Positions 9,258-19,100 of a DNA stretch of 29,496 nt are shown here, piece after piece. The position numbers and the translations under genes are program-made. Within the stretch, counting starts at the first letter, position 1, and each line of letters begins with the position of its first letter. Under the pieces are notes generated by a model, which was not told the DNA's origin, searched no databases, and was given only the letters and a program-made list of their open reading frames with translations. This DNA comes from Pseudobacteriovorax sp. (GTDB lineage Bacteria > Bdellovibrionota_B > Oligoflexia > Oligoflexales > Oligoflexaceae), in NCBI GenBank assembly GCA_050293845.1, contig JBNKNM010000023.1, positions 15,893-45,388 on the forward strand, written 5' to 3'.

Positions 9258-9296
9258 AAAAAGAGAGCTTCTGTCACAAATAACAGAAGCTCTTTT
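9258..9296. terminator. Bidirectional intrinsic terminator
   Basis: Perfect 11-bp stem AGAGCTTCTGT (9264-9274) / ACAGAAGCTCT (9283-9293) with an 8-nt loop. Flanked by A5 (9258-9262, the U-tract of the - strand) and a short T-run (9293-9296). Confidence 0.8.
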
Positions 9297-9371
9297 ACAA
9301 TGAGAACTAGGGGACAGTTACAACCAACACAAGAGAAACAGAGGGAACATCAACACCACTGAGACAGATAG

Positions 9372-9403
9372 TGCCATCAAAGATGGCATTTTGTTTTGTT
9401 TTT
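9372..9403 (+). terminator. Hairpin followed by a T-rich tract; + strand terminator and/or a stem of the candidate sRNA
   Basis: TGCCATC-aaa-GATGGCA (9372-9388), then TTTTGTTTTGTTTTT (9389-9403). Confidence 0.5.
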
Positions 9404-9446
9404 AGAGGGTTAGTCACTTTAGTCACCACCCTGATACAACGGTAGA

Positions 9447-9462
9447 AGCAAGCGCTATGCCA
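9447..9462 (-). promoter_or_regulatory. Sigma-54 (RpoN) -24/-12 promoter
   Basis: The - strand reads TGGCATAGCGCTTGCT against consensus TGGCAC-N5-TTGCW, with exact GG-N10-GC spacing and one mismatch. Confidence 0.7.
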
Positions 9463-9656
9463 AGAAAAAACGCTGTTATTTTCTAGGGGGTGATGTTAGG
9501 AATTCATACAATTTTTCGCGCTTCATGGGAAAAATCAAATAGAAATAGTGGCTAAGGGAACGTCGGAGATGGCTTTCTGTGTCAAAAAGTTAGTCGCCAA
9601 TAGCTTCGGTTTTATACTAATCACAGAACTAATAACCTATAACTATCTTACTGGAC

Positions 9657-10649
9657 CTATCTCGAATCCTGATAAGATTGCCGTAGCCGCTTCATCCCTT
9701 CATCCATGGAAACTTCTGGGTTATAGCCCAAATCACGCTGGGCACGTTTGTTATCGAACCAATGAGATGTGGCCAGTTGTCTGGCTACAAATCGTGTAAG
9801 AAAGGGCTCTTTTTTTATTTTGAAGAAGGTGTAGAAAAACTCCATTCCCCATCCTACAAAATAAGCTAGTTTTGCCGGGATATGGCTAGTAACAGGATCA
9901 TATCCAGCACTTTTGAGTATATTATTGATAAGGTACCCTGTGGGCCAGGGTTCATGATTGGTAATAAAATAGGTGTTACCCGCAATGGGAGAACCTGGGT
10001 ATAGCTTTTCAAGGGCGATAATATGTGCTTGCGCTGCATTGTCGATGAAAACGGCATCGATCTTGGTCTCTTTGTTACCAATAAATTTAAGTCGTCCTGC
10101 CTTTTGCGATGCAATTAGTCGAGGAGCTAGGTGGTTATCCCCTGGTCCCCAAATCAGGTGTGGCCTGAGGGAAACGACGTCCAGTTGATGAGATTGGGCT
10201 GCTATTACTAATTTTTCAGCTTCTGCCTTCGTTTGAGGGTAATGGGCCAGGTACATTTTGGGGTAAGGGGTGCCTTCGTCGACCCCCATCTGGTCTTCAC
10301 CAGCAAAAATAACACTCGGTGAGCTGGTATAGACAAGTTTACGAATACCTAACTCTAAGCATGACTCTAATACATTTCGAGTGCCGATAACATTTGTTAT
10401 AAAGTACTCGTGGTAATCTCCCCAAACCCCTGCCTTGGCAGCAGTGTGGATAATAGCATCACAATTACGAGCTGCTTGAAGTACATCTTGTTTGGTACCG
10501 ATATCACCCGTAATGCAAGTCACACCTTTCGATTGTAATGCTGGATAAGCTCCCCGATTTAAGGTTACGACTTCATAATTTTTTACCAATAATTGGTCGA
10601 TAATAGCTTGCCCTAGAAAGCCTCCTCCACCGGTAACGAGAACCTTCAT
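9657..10649 (-). CDS. oleD: 2-alkyl-3-oxoalkanoate reductase OleD (extended SDR / 3-beta-HSD family)
   Basis: TGGGGFLG Rossmann motif, HTAAKAGVWG, YTSSPSV, YPQTK catalytic YxxxK and LRPHLIWGPGD. ATGA overlap with oleC. Confidence 0.92.
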   Translation of the reverse strand: MKVLVTGGGGFLGQAIIDQLLVKNYEVVTLNRGAYPALQSKGVTCITGDIGTKQDVLQAARNCDAIIHTAAKAGVWGDYHEYFITNVIGTRNVLESCLELGIRKLVYTSSPSVIFAGEDQMGVDEGTPYPKMYLAHYPQTKAEAEKLVIAAQSHQLDVVSLRPHLIWGPGDNHLAPRLIASQKAGRLKFIGNKETKIDAVFIDNAAQAHIIALEKLYPGSPIAGNTYFITNHEPWPTGYLINNILKSAGYDPVTSHIPAKLAYFVGWGMEFFYTFFKIKKEPFLTRFVARQLATSHWFDNKRAQRDLGYNPEVSMDEGMKRLRQSYQDSR

Positions 10650-12286
10650 AAGATTTTCCTTTCAGCCCAAGCAGCCAGCTTTTCCCTAAAAATTTTTGAG
10701 TTGTGGCGAATATCAACGGGAAATCCTCTATGAAACAATACATCTTTGATGGCATGAGTTTGGGAATATTGTTTCCCAAGGTCAAGCAAGTCTCGCTTTA
10801 ATTGCTTCTGTGCTGAGTGAGGTAATCGGCGTAGGGTTTCCACACAGAGCACAGGGCGGCGAAATTTATTAGGGCCCACACCAACAATGGCGGTGCGTAA
10901 AACATCATGGTGCTTATTAAGAATAGATTCTCCAGGAACCGTATAGACCACTTCCTGCGGGGTGACAACGCGATGAGCTTTACGACCACAGAACCACAGA
11001 CGGCCTTTTTTGTCCAAATACCCCACATCACCCATGCGATGATAGAATTTATTGGTCCCATTAATTTTTGCCAGTTCGTTGGCTTGGGGGTGGTTCAGGT
11101 AATGTTTTGTGACTTGATCACCAGAAACTATGATTTCCCCAATCTGCAAAGGTTTTAAGATAAGATCTGACGATAAAGTTGCGATAGGTGTATCGGTTAT
11201 TTTGATAATTTTTACATCCAGATTTGGTACCGGTTTACCCACACATACACCAGCACCTTGTAGGGTTTGGTAAAATGTTTCTTCGAGAATCTCATGGCTG
11301 TTGGTGATAGCTACCGGTAGAGCTTCAGTAGCTCCATAAGGTGTAAAAATGTGGCAACTGTTGTTAAGTAACAATGTCATATTCCGTAAGGTATCAGTAG
11401 GAACGGGAGCTCCTGCGGAGATAACTCTTTTTAGGGAAGGTAAGGTGATACGATTCTGGGTACCAGCTTCACTGATTCGCTTTAGCAGTGCGGGGGAGCC
11501 AAACATGTTAGTGACACCAAAAGCTTCGATGGCCTTAAATATATTTTGGGGGATAACCTGTGCTGGCTTGGTGAAATTCATTTCCGGGATAACGGCAGTC
11601 ATGCCAAGGGCAGGAGCAAATAGAGCAAATAGAGGAAAAGTGCAAAGATCGATTTCACCAGGTTTGATCGCGAATGCTTCCTTTAGCAGTTGAATTTGGG
11701 TCCAAAAGTTTTTGTGTGTATAAACAGCGCCTTTGGGAACCCCTGTGCTACCACTAGTAAAAAGAACAGCAGCTATGTCGTCTTGGTTGATTTCTGGGAG
11801 TTTTTGCTGGGAGTGACTGCTTCCATATCTTTCAAGTTTGTTTAAGGAGTATTGGCAGAAGAAGCGACTATTTATACTGACTATTTTTTTCCACCGTCCA
11901 CGATTCCAACCTAGTATGATCCTTGCTATATGGGCTTTAGGAACACCAATGAAATAGTCTGGTTGGGCCTGAGCCAAGCACTTTTTCAGATTTTTGATAC
12001 CTATACCAGGGTCAATGAAGACGGGAACAATGCCGGCTTTAAACAGGGCAAAGGTTGTGGCGAAGAGCTCAAATGATGGCTCAATCATAACCGCTGCCCG
12101 ATATCGGGCTTTGAAACCGGTTGCTAAAAAGCCTTTGGCTAGAGCATGACTCTTAGCTTCTAATTCGCTATAGCTCATATGAGAGTGGCGAAATTTCTCA
12201 CGATTACCGATGCCATATGTTCTGATAATCGCCCTTTGCTGGGGGTGACGACTGGCCATATCAGTAAGAGAAGAGGCGATATTCAC
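10646..12286 (-). CDS. oleC: Olefin beta-lactone synthetase OleC (AMP-dependent ligase family)
   Basis: FTSGSTGVPKG, DLCTFPLFALF, TPYGATEALP, HRMGDVGY, WFCGRKAHRV and the OleC-type C-terminus FPVDIRHNSKIFREKL. GTG start. Confidence 0.93.
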   Translation of the reverse strand: MNIASSLTDMASRHPQQRAIIRTYGIGNREKFRHSHMSYSELEAKSHALAKGFLATGFKARYRAAVMIEPSFELFATTFALFKAGIVPVFIDPGIGIKNLKKCLAQAQPDYFIGVPKAHIARIILGWNRGRWKKIVSINSRFFCQYSLNKLERYGSSHSQQKLPEINQDDIAAVLFTSGSTGVPKGAVYTHKNFWTQIQLLKEAFAIKPGEIDLCTFPLFALFAPALGMTAVIPEMNFTKPAQVIPQNIFKAIEAFGVTNMFGSPALLKRISEAGTQNRITLPSLKRVISAGAPVPTDTLRNMTLLLNNSCHIFTPYGATEALPVAITNSHEILEETFYQTLQGAGVCVGKPVPNLDVKIIKITDTPIATLSSDLILKPLQIGEIIVSGDQVTKHYLNHPQANELAKINGTNKFYHRMGDVGYLDKKGRLWFCGRKAHRVVTPQEVVYTVPGESILNKHHDVLRTAIVGVGPNKFRRPVLCVETLRRLPHSAQKQLKRDLLDLGKQYSQTHAIKDVLFHRGFPVDIRHNSKIFREKLAAWAERKIL

Positions 12287-12300
12287 CGGGCGTTTCCTTA

Positions 12301-13182
12301 TTAGGGATGATCAACTATAAACGATGCCATAAGCTTTTTGATGGTATTGGTGGCATCTTCAACAACAAAATGTCCCGCATCTGGGAGGTAGTGGACCTGC
12401 GCCTTAGGAAAGTGTTCTTTCCATTGACTAAGGAAGCTGTCATCAAACACAAAATCTTTGGCACCCCAGACCACGAGCATGGGTTTATCCTTGAGGCGCT
12501 TCAATTGGGCTTCTGTTTTGCAAAGGGGAGCCCAGGATGCGTCCTTTGGAGTGAGTGGAATATCGGTGACAAATTCCATAATCGCACGTCTTTTACGCCA
12601 ATTTGAATAGGGTGCTAAATATGCTTTGCGCTCGCTCTTACTCAGTTTTTTATGGGTACAACACGTAGCAAGAGCGCCGCGGCAAAACCCATTCATCCCT
12701 CTGACTATTAAAGGACCCAGTACAGTCGCGCGGCACAGGCTTATGGAAAAGGGCAGCTTTAGGTGTTTGGGATTGCGAAAAGCGGCAGTATTGAAAACTA
12801 TAAGGCGTTTGATGTTGGAGGCAAATCGTGTCGCATAGGTGAAACCTATCATGCCGCCCCAATCATGAACCACGAGGGTAATATTTTTTAAATTCAGCCT
12901 GTTAATTAAGTCGGTTAGGTCCGCTACTCGCTGCTCTAATGTGTACTCATAGGCTTCTTCTGGTATGTCTGACAGACCGCAGCCCATATGATCAGGAGCT
13001 ATGACACGGTATTGCTTGGAAAAGCACTTGATCAGCTCACGATAGTAAAACGACCATGTTGGATTACCATGGATCATAACGATGGGTTCGCCCTTGCCTT
13101 CATCGATAAAGTGGAGGCGCGACGACCCATGCAGGGGTATATATTGGCTCTTGAATGGGTAAAGCTCTGGATTGATCACCAT
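12301..13182 (-). CDS. oleB: Beta-lactone decarboxylase OleB (haloalkane-dehalogenase-like alpha/beta hydrolase)
   Basis: HGNPTWSFYYR, PDHMGCGLS, nucleophile motif HDWGG, WGAKDFVF and GHFVVED. Lies between oleA and oleC. Confidence 0.92.
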   Translation of the reverse strand: MVINPELYPFKSQYIPLHGSSRLHFIDEGKGEPIVMIHGNPTWSFYYRELIKCFSKQYRVIAPDHMGCGLSDIPEEAYEYTLEQRVADLTDLINRLNLKNITLVVHDWGGMIGFTYATRFASNIKRLIVFNTAAFRNPKHLKLPFSISLCRATVLGPLIVRGMNGFCRGALATCCTHKKLSKSERKAYLAPYSNWRKRRAIMEFVTDIPLTPKDASWAPLCKTEAQLKRLKDKPMLVVWGAKDFVFDDSFLSQWKEHFPKAQVHYLPDAGHFVVEDATNTIKKLMASFIVDHP

Positions 13183-14219
13183 TCTACCCCCAACATCAAG
13201 CAGTTCAGTCCACTGCCAATACCCAACAAGCCCACTTTGTTTCCTGGCAATAGAAATCCGTTTTCTTCGGCTAGTGCTGCAGATAGGGGCAGAGAGACTG
13301 TCCCCATATTCCCTAGCCGATCGAAGGTAGGATAGTCCCTGGCTTCAGGCATGCCAAGGGCTTTTAGTATACTTAGTCGGTGTCCTTTACTCACCTGATG
13401 GGAGATGGTCTTATCGATTTGCTCCTGAGCCCAGCGAATTTCTGCAAGAAACGCTTGCCAAGTTTTGATGCCTAGTTGAACGCCATGTTTCATCACATTA
13501 ACCGCATCGGTTGCCAGGAATTGCTCAAACACTCTTCCTGTCAGTCGTTTCATACCCCATCGGCATAAGTCATGATGTCGACTGTCGGACCGTGCCGCTC
13601 CTCCTAATAGGCGATGAAGTTTGGAGCTTTGACTTTGTCCGTTAGAAAGCACAATGGCCACAGCACCCGATCCTCCCGTTAAGGTGGCGAGCGTTTTTTT
13701 GAAAAACTCAATATCACGGTGTTGAAGCATTTTGGCAATAGCATCTTCGTTGACGTCCCTAGATGATTCACATGACACTACTATGCCGACATTTGCTTGC
13801 CCCAATTCGATGCGGTTGGCAATTTCAACAATTCCAGTGAGAACTCCTAAGCAGGCGTTGCTCAGGTCAAAGACGGATGCATTGTCCTTGACACCCAGCT
13901 GGTAAGCGACACGACAGGCGGTAGCAGGCTCATAATAGTCACGGCAAACGCCAGCATAGATTAATACATCCACATCGGACCCGCGATAAGGGGTTTGGGC
14001 CAAAGCTTTTTCAGCAGCCCAAGTAGCGCCATCAGAAACTTGAAGATTTTGGGGCCACCAGCGCCGCTCTTTTATCCCTGTCAAAAATTCAAGCTGACCG
14101 TTTGGAATTCTTAACGTTTCATAAACGGGACGAATTCTGTCTTCGATTTCCTTGGTAGAAACCACTAGTTCAGGAAGTTCGTAGCCAATGGCATCAAGGA
14201 ACACGTTTTGATATTTCAT
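13176..14219 (-). CDS. oleA: Acyl-CoA:acyl-CoA alkyltransferase OleA (thiolase/FabH-like head-to-head condensing enzyme)
   Basis: LTGIKERRWW, EPATA (catalytic Glu), NACLG (Cys), ATLTGGSGA, HQV (His), GNMG (Asn) and GIGSGLNC. First gene of the oleABCD operon. Confidence 0.93.
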   Translation of the reverse strand: MKYQNVFLDAIGYELPELVVSTKEIEDRIRPVYETLRIPNGQLEFLTGIKERRWWPQNLQVSDGATWAAEKALAQTPYRGSDVDVLIYAGVCRDYYEPATACRVAYQLGVKDNASVFDLSNACLGVLTGIVEIANRIELGQANVGIVVSCESSRDVNEDAIAKMLQHRDIEFFKKTLATLTGGSGAVAIVLSNGQSQSSKLHRLLGGAARSDSRHHDLCRWGMKRLTGRVFEQFLATDAVNVMKHGVQLGIKTWQAFLAEIRWAQEQIDKTISHQVSKGHRLSILKALGMPEARDYPTFDRLGNMGTVSLPLSAALAEENGFLLPGNKVGLLGIGSGLNCLMLGVEW

Positions 14220-14592
14220 GTAATACCCTATAGTAACCAGTCTTATAAAGAATCGATGGACGAAGCATCTAAGTAATTAACACCTGAGGAAGCATAGGAA
14301 TGATAAGTCTACATTCTTTTAAAGCACACTGGGAATGTTACCAACAGAAAAATACATTTAGCTATGAAAAAATCAATTAGTTTATTTGCCATAGAACTAA
14401 GTGTATCAAGTGAATAGTGGTCTTGAAATGGTTTGTGTGACAAAGGTTTTGCTAAGTTTTTTGGCTTCTCCAATGTATATCCCCATGCTAGTCTAGGTTC
14501 GGACCTATAATCAATCAGTATTGTTGTTAGTATTTTTGGAAGTCTAACGACATAGGGCCCCAGGGGGGATGTGTCATTAAATAGGAGATAAT

Positions 14593-16116
14593 ATGGAGCA
14601 GGGATTGGGGGTTGTTTCCAAAATTTGGGATTACCAGCACACCCATTTATTAAAAAGCGATCGAGAGAATTCGGAAGTAGTCCTTCCGGCGACCCCCTTA
14701 GTATCCTATGGCGATCGGGCATTTTGTGACGAGTTTAAGGTTCGTCTTCCCTATATCGCAGGAGCTATGGCTAATGGGATATCGAGTGAAGCTATGGTGA
14801 CCGCTCTTGCCAAAGGAAGACTACTGGGCATATTCGGGGCTGCAGGTCTCCCTATAGAGACAATAGAAAAAACGGTTGCTGCTTTACGAGAGGGTTTGGG
14901 TGATCTCCCCTTTGGAGTCAATCTTATTCATAACCCCAGTGAGCCTGCTTGGGAAGAGCAACTGGTTCAGCTGCTCTTTCGGTACGGGATTACCATTGTA
15001 GAAGCCTCTGCCTTTATGACTCTCACTGAAGCGTTAGTCCTGTATCGCTGTAAGGGACTATATCGCGATCGCAGTGGCCGTGTGGTAGCGCCTCACCGTA
15101 TCATTGGGAAAGTTTCACGGGTCGAGGTTGCCGAAAAGTTTATGTTGCCACCTCCAGAGAAGATCGTTGCAAGCCTATGCCAACAAGGTAAACTCACTAC
15201 CGAAGAAGCCGATTTGGCACGAGAAATTCCTGTTGCGCCATTTGTTACTGTTGAGGCGGACTCTGGGGGACATACCGACAAGCGGTCGGCCATAACCCTT
15301 TTTCCTGCCATGCTGACTTTAGCGCGTCGCTTGTCCAGTCTATGCGAATATGAAAAACCAATCTGTTTAGGCTTAGCTGGGGGCATATCCACTCCCAGTG
15401 CTGTAGCTTCGGCTTTTGCCATGGGTGCTGATTATGTAATGACAGGTAGCGTCAACCAAGCTTGTATAGAATCTGGTACAAGCGACTTAGTGCGCCAAAC
15501 TCTCGCTTCGGTTGAGCAGGCTGATATTGTGATGGCACCTGCAGCTGATATGTTTGAAATGGGGGTTGAGGTTCAGGTTATTAAAAAGGGAACGATGTTT
15601 CCTATGCGCGCTAGAAAACTTTATGAAATGTATAAAAAGTATCCCTCCCTCGATGAGATTCCTGAGCAAGAGCGTAAGAATCTTGAGATGCAGATCTTCA
15701 AGAACCCCTTGGATCTTATCTGGGAAGACACAAAGAAGTTTTTTTCCATAAGAGATCCTGCAAAAATACAGCGAGCTGAGCATAGACCTAAATTAAAGAT
15801 GGCTCTAATTTTTCGCTGGTATTTAGGTTTATCCTCCCAATGGGCCAACTCTGGTCAGAAAGATAGAACTTTAGATTTCCAGGTTTGGTGCGGACCAGCT
15901 ATGAGTGCCTTTAATGAGTGGACAAAAGGAAGTTATTTAGCGGACCCCAAAGAGCGTAGCGTTTGGCTTGTAGCTTTGAATCTCATGCTCATCGGATTTG
16001 CTTTGCACCGTATAAACATCTTAAAGGCTCAAGGTTTCAACACGGAAAGCCTGGAGCAGACTGTAAACCATCCTCTCACACTGTCTGAAATTTCTAAAAT
16101 CTTGCAGGAATCCTAA
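14593..16116 (+). CDS. pfaD: PUFA-synthase enoyl reductase PfaD (FabK/nitronate-monooxygenase fold)
   Basis: YIAGAMANGISS, EASAFM, EADSGGHTD, TGSVNQACIESG, MAPAADMFEMGV, MALIFRWY and QVWCGPA. AGGAG RBS at 14583. Confidence 0.95.
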   Translation: MEQGLGVVSKIWDYQHTHLLKSDRENSEVVLPATPLVSYGDRAFCDEFKVRLPYIAGAMANGISSEAMVTALAKGRLLGIFGAAGLPIETIEKTVAALREGLGDLPFGVNLIHNPSEPAWEEQLVQLLFRYGITIVEASAFMTLTEALVLYRCKGLYRDRSGRVVAPHRIIGKVSRVEVAEKFMLPPPEKIVASLCQQGKLTTEEADLAREIPVAPFVTVEADSGGHTDKRSAITLFPAMLTLARRLSSLCEYEKPICLGLAGGISTPSAVASAFAMGADYVMTGSVNQACIESGTSDLVRQTLASVEQADIVMAPAADMFEMGVEVQVIKKGTMFPMRARKLYEMYKKYPSLDEIPEQERKNLEMQIFKNPLDLIWEDTKKFFSIRDPAKIQRAEHRPKLKMALIFRWYLGLSSQWANSGQKDRTLDFQVWCGPAMSAFNEWTKGSYLADPKERSVWLVALNLMLIGFALHRINILKAQGFNTESLEQTVNHPLTLSEISKILQES

Positions 16117-16119
16117 AGT

Positions 16120-19100
16120 ATGGAACTCATAAACGAACCGATAGCCGTTGTTGGCATAAGCTGTTTATTCCCTGAATGCGGCAATATTCAAGAATACTGG
16201 TCGACCATTGTTCAAGGTAAAGACCATATTAAAGAAATCCCCTTAACCCACTGGAACATTGAAGACTACTATCATGAGGACCCCAAGGCTAAAGATAAAA
16301 CATATGCCAAAACCGGAGCTTTTTTAAAACCATACCCTTTTAATCCTCTGGAGTATGGTATTACTCCCAGCTCCCTTGAAGCTACCGATACTACTCAGTT
16401 ACTGGGAATGGTGGTGTCCAAGAAAGCTTTGGAAGATGCAGGTTATGGCGAGCAAGCTCATTTTGATCGTGATCGGGTGAGCTGCATATTGGGGGTGACA
16501 GGAACTTTGGAGATGGTGATTCCTTTAGGCGCTCGCCTTGGCCATCCTGCGTGGCGTAAAAGCTTGCAAAGGGCCGGACTACCTGAGGATTTGATTGAGG
16601 ATATCGTAGAAGATGTTGGTCACTCCTTTGTAGGGTGGCAAGAGGCCAGTTTCCCCGGACTATTGGGGAATGTGGTTGCTGGTAGAATAGCCAACCGTTT
16701 GAATTTAGGGGGAACGAATTCCGTCGTCGATGCCGCCTGTGCCAGTTCTTTGTCAGCTATTCGTACTGCAGTGATGGAGTTACAAACCCATCGTGCAGAT
16801 ATGGTTGTGACGGGGGGCATGGATACTTTCAACGATATTTTTATGTACATGTGTTTTAGTAAAACTCCCGCATTGTCGCCCACCGGTTCCGCGAAACCCT
16901 TCGATAGCACAGGTGATGGCACAGTTTTAGGAGAAGGACTAGGGGCTGTCATTTTGAAGCGTCTCAGCGATGCAGAAAAGGATGGCAATCGCATCTATGG
17001 GGTTATCCGATCCATAGGCAGTTCCAGTGACGGCAAGGGTAAGGCTATTTATGCCCCGTCAGCTAAAGGCCAGGTGAAAGCTTTAAAGGCAGCCTATCAG
17101 GAAGCTGCGGTGAGCCCTTCTACTATCGAACTCATAGAGTGCCATGGTACAGGAACAAGGGTGGGAGATGGCATTGAACTTGAAGCCCTCAACCAGGTTT
17201 ACCGTGAAGCTCACTCCGAAGGTCAGTGGTGTACCTTAGGGTCTGTTAAGTCACAAATTGGTCATACCAAGGCAGCAGCGGGTGTGGCTGGTTTTATTAA
17301 AGCTATCCTGGCTCTATACCATAAGGTACTGCCTCCAACAATCAAAGTGCAGCAACCCCACTCTCAGCTGGAAGGTTCTCCATTTATCATTCGTGATGAG
17401 TCATGTCCTTGGCCACCGTCAGTAGCTCACCCTCGCAGAGCAGCTGTAAGTGCTTTTGGATTTGGCGGTAGCAACTTTCATGCAGTTTTGGAAGAGTATC
17501 AGTCAGAAAAAACACTAATTGATTGGCCAGCTGATGGCTACTTACTATTGGCATCTGCTTGCACCACCAAGGATCTTCAGGGAGTGCTGGAAAATATATT
17601 GCAGCAGTGGCCTCAAGAGCCTGACCCTATGTTTCTGCGGGACCAAAGGACCAAAATCGATGAAAAGGATAGTGTGCGCTTAGCCCTATTTTCTACCAAT
17701 TGGGTGCAGATAAAAGCTGCTTTAGAAAGAGCGTCTTTAGACTTAAAAAGTGGAAAGAAACCGCAGCAGGGGGCAGCGACCGTTTCTTTGTTCTTCAAAG
17801 AACGGAAAGAGGCTGGAAAAGTTGCCGTTCTATTCTCCGGTCAGGGCTCACAATATCCCAATATGTTGGGCCCGGCTCTCAGCCAGCTTCCGGCAACTCA
17901 AAAATTTCTCGACTTAGGGCGGGCAGCAGTTGGGGATGAACTGTACCATGTGATTTTTCCAGGGCAACTTTTTACACAAGAAGATCGCAAGAGGGCGGCT
18001 GCGCAGCTAGCCAAGACTTCTCTGGCACAGCCCGCAATAGGTGTTGTCTCAGCAGCTATATGGAACCAGCTCAAGAAACTGGGAGTTGAATCAGAAATGT
18101 ATGCCGGCCATAGCTTTGGTGAACTTACAGCGTGCTTTGCTGCCGGTTGTTGCAATGAACAAACTTATTTGCAGTTAGCCCATCTTAGGGGGCAACTGAT
18201 GGAAAAGGTGGATGGCGAATTGGGAGGTATGACTGTTTTAAGTGGTACCTATAAGCAAGCCCGTGCATTGCTTGATGAAGGGGATTGGGAGCTTGTTATT
18301 GCTAACCATAATGCACCGCAACAGGTTGTTATTTCTGGTTTAAAGAGAGATTTGGAAGCGTTTGAAAAATTAGCCAGATTAAAAAATATGCCAACCAAAA
18401 GGTTGGTTGTAGGTGCAGCCTTCCATAGTCCCGTGATGGCTAATGTTGTACGGCCCTTCTATGATCAATTGCGGGAATATGATATTGGCTCTCCACAGTA
18501 TAGCGTCTACTCTAACGTTAGTGGCAAACCTTATGATCTTAACCCTGAAGCCCTCAGAAAAGGGTTGTCGGAACAGCTAGCTCGTGAGGTTAAATTTGTC
18601 GACCAAATCAAGCAGATGTATGATGATGGGGCGCGAACTTTCATCGAAATAGGTCCGTCTGCAATCTTAGCAAACCTTGTAAAGCAAATACTCCCGCAAC
18701 AAAATATAGATGTTTTTTCCTTTGATGATAAAAAACAGTCAACTTATCTTTTTGATCAGATGTTAGCCAAGCTTTTTGTTGCAGGTTGCTCTATAAATTG
18801 GAATCGATATAGAGAGGACTGGCAGGCTGCGGTTGAAACCCGTCCTGCATATACTATTCCCATAAGCGGTGCTAATTATAGAAATCCGGATCATTATCAG
18901 TCAAAATTATCAGGTAAGAAACCGCAGTTTGTTAACCCTGCTTCGCAGGTATCACCCCCTAAGAAAATCGAAGGAGCCAGAGTAATGGAAAAGCGTCATC
19001 CGGAGAAAGCTCCCCTGTCTACTACCTCTAGCAGAGATAAGATGGGTTCTTCACAAGTACATCAAACTGTGCCATCGGGTGGATCTCCCTTAGAGAAGCA

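Larger units (their letters stand above)
9258..9436 (-). ncRNA. Candidate sigma-54-dependent small RNA (~180 nt), possibly also encoding a 23-aa peptide
   Basis: Bounded by a -24/-12 promoter (9447-9462) and the terminator (9258-9296). Contains internal hairpins (~9406-9432 and 9372-9388) and a CU/U-rich single-stranded tract. No long ORF. Confidence 0.5.

Noticed and set aside
9548..9799. 83-aa + strand ORF
   Set aside because: Overlaps the oleD 3' end antisense and the putative upstream activator region; no recognisable motif.
12301..13182. Haloalkane dehalogenase call
   Set aside because: Same fold, but its position between oleA and oleC identifies it as OleB.
14309..14722. 137-aa - strand ORF across the ole/pfa spacer
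   Set aside because: Overlaps the 5' end of pfaD, which has a strong RBS; composition is not protein-family-like.
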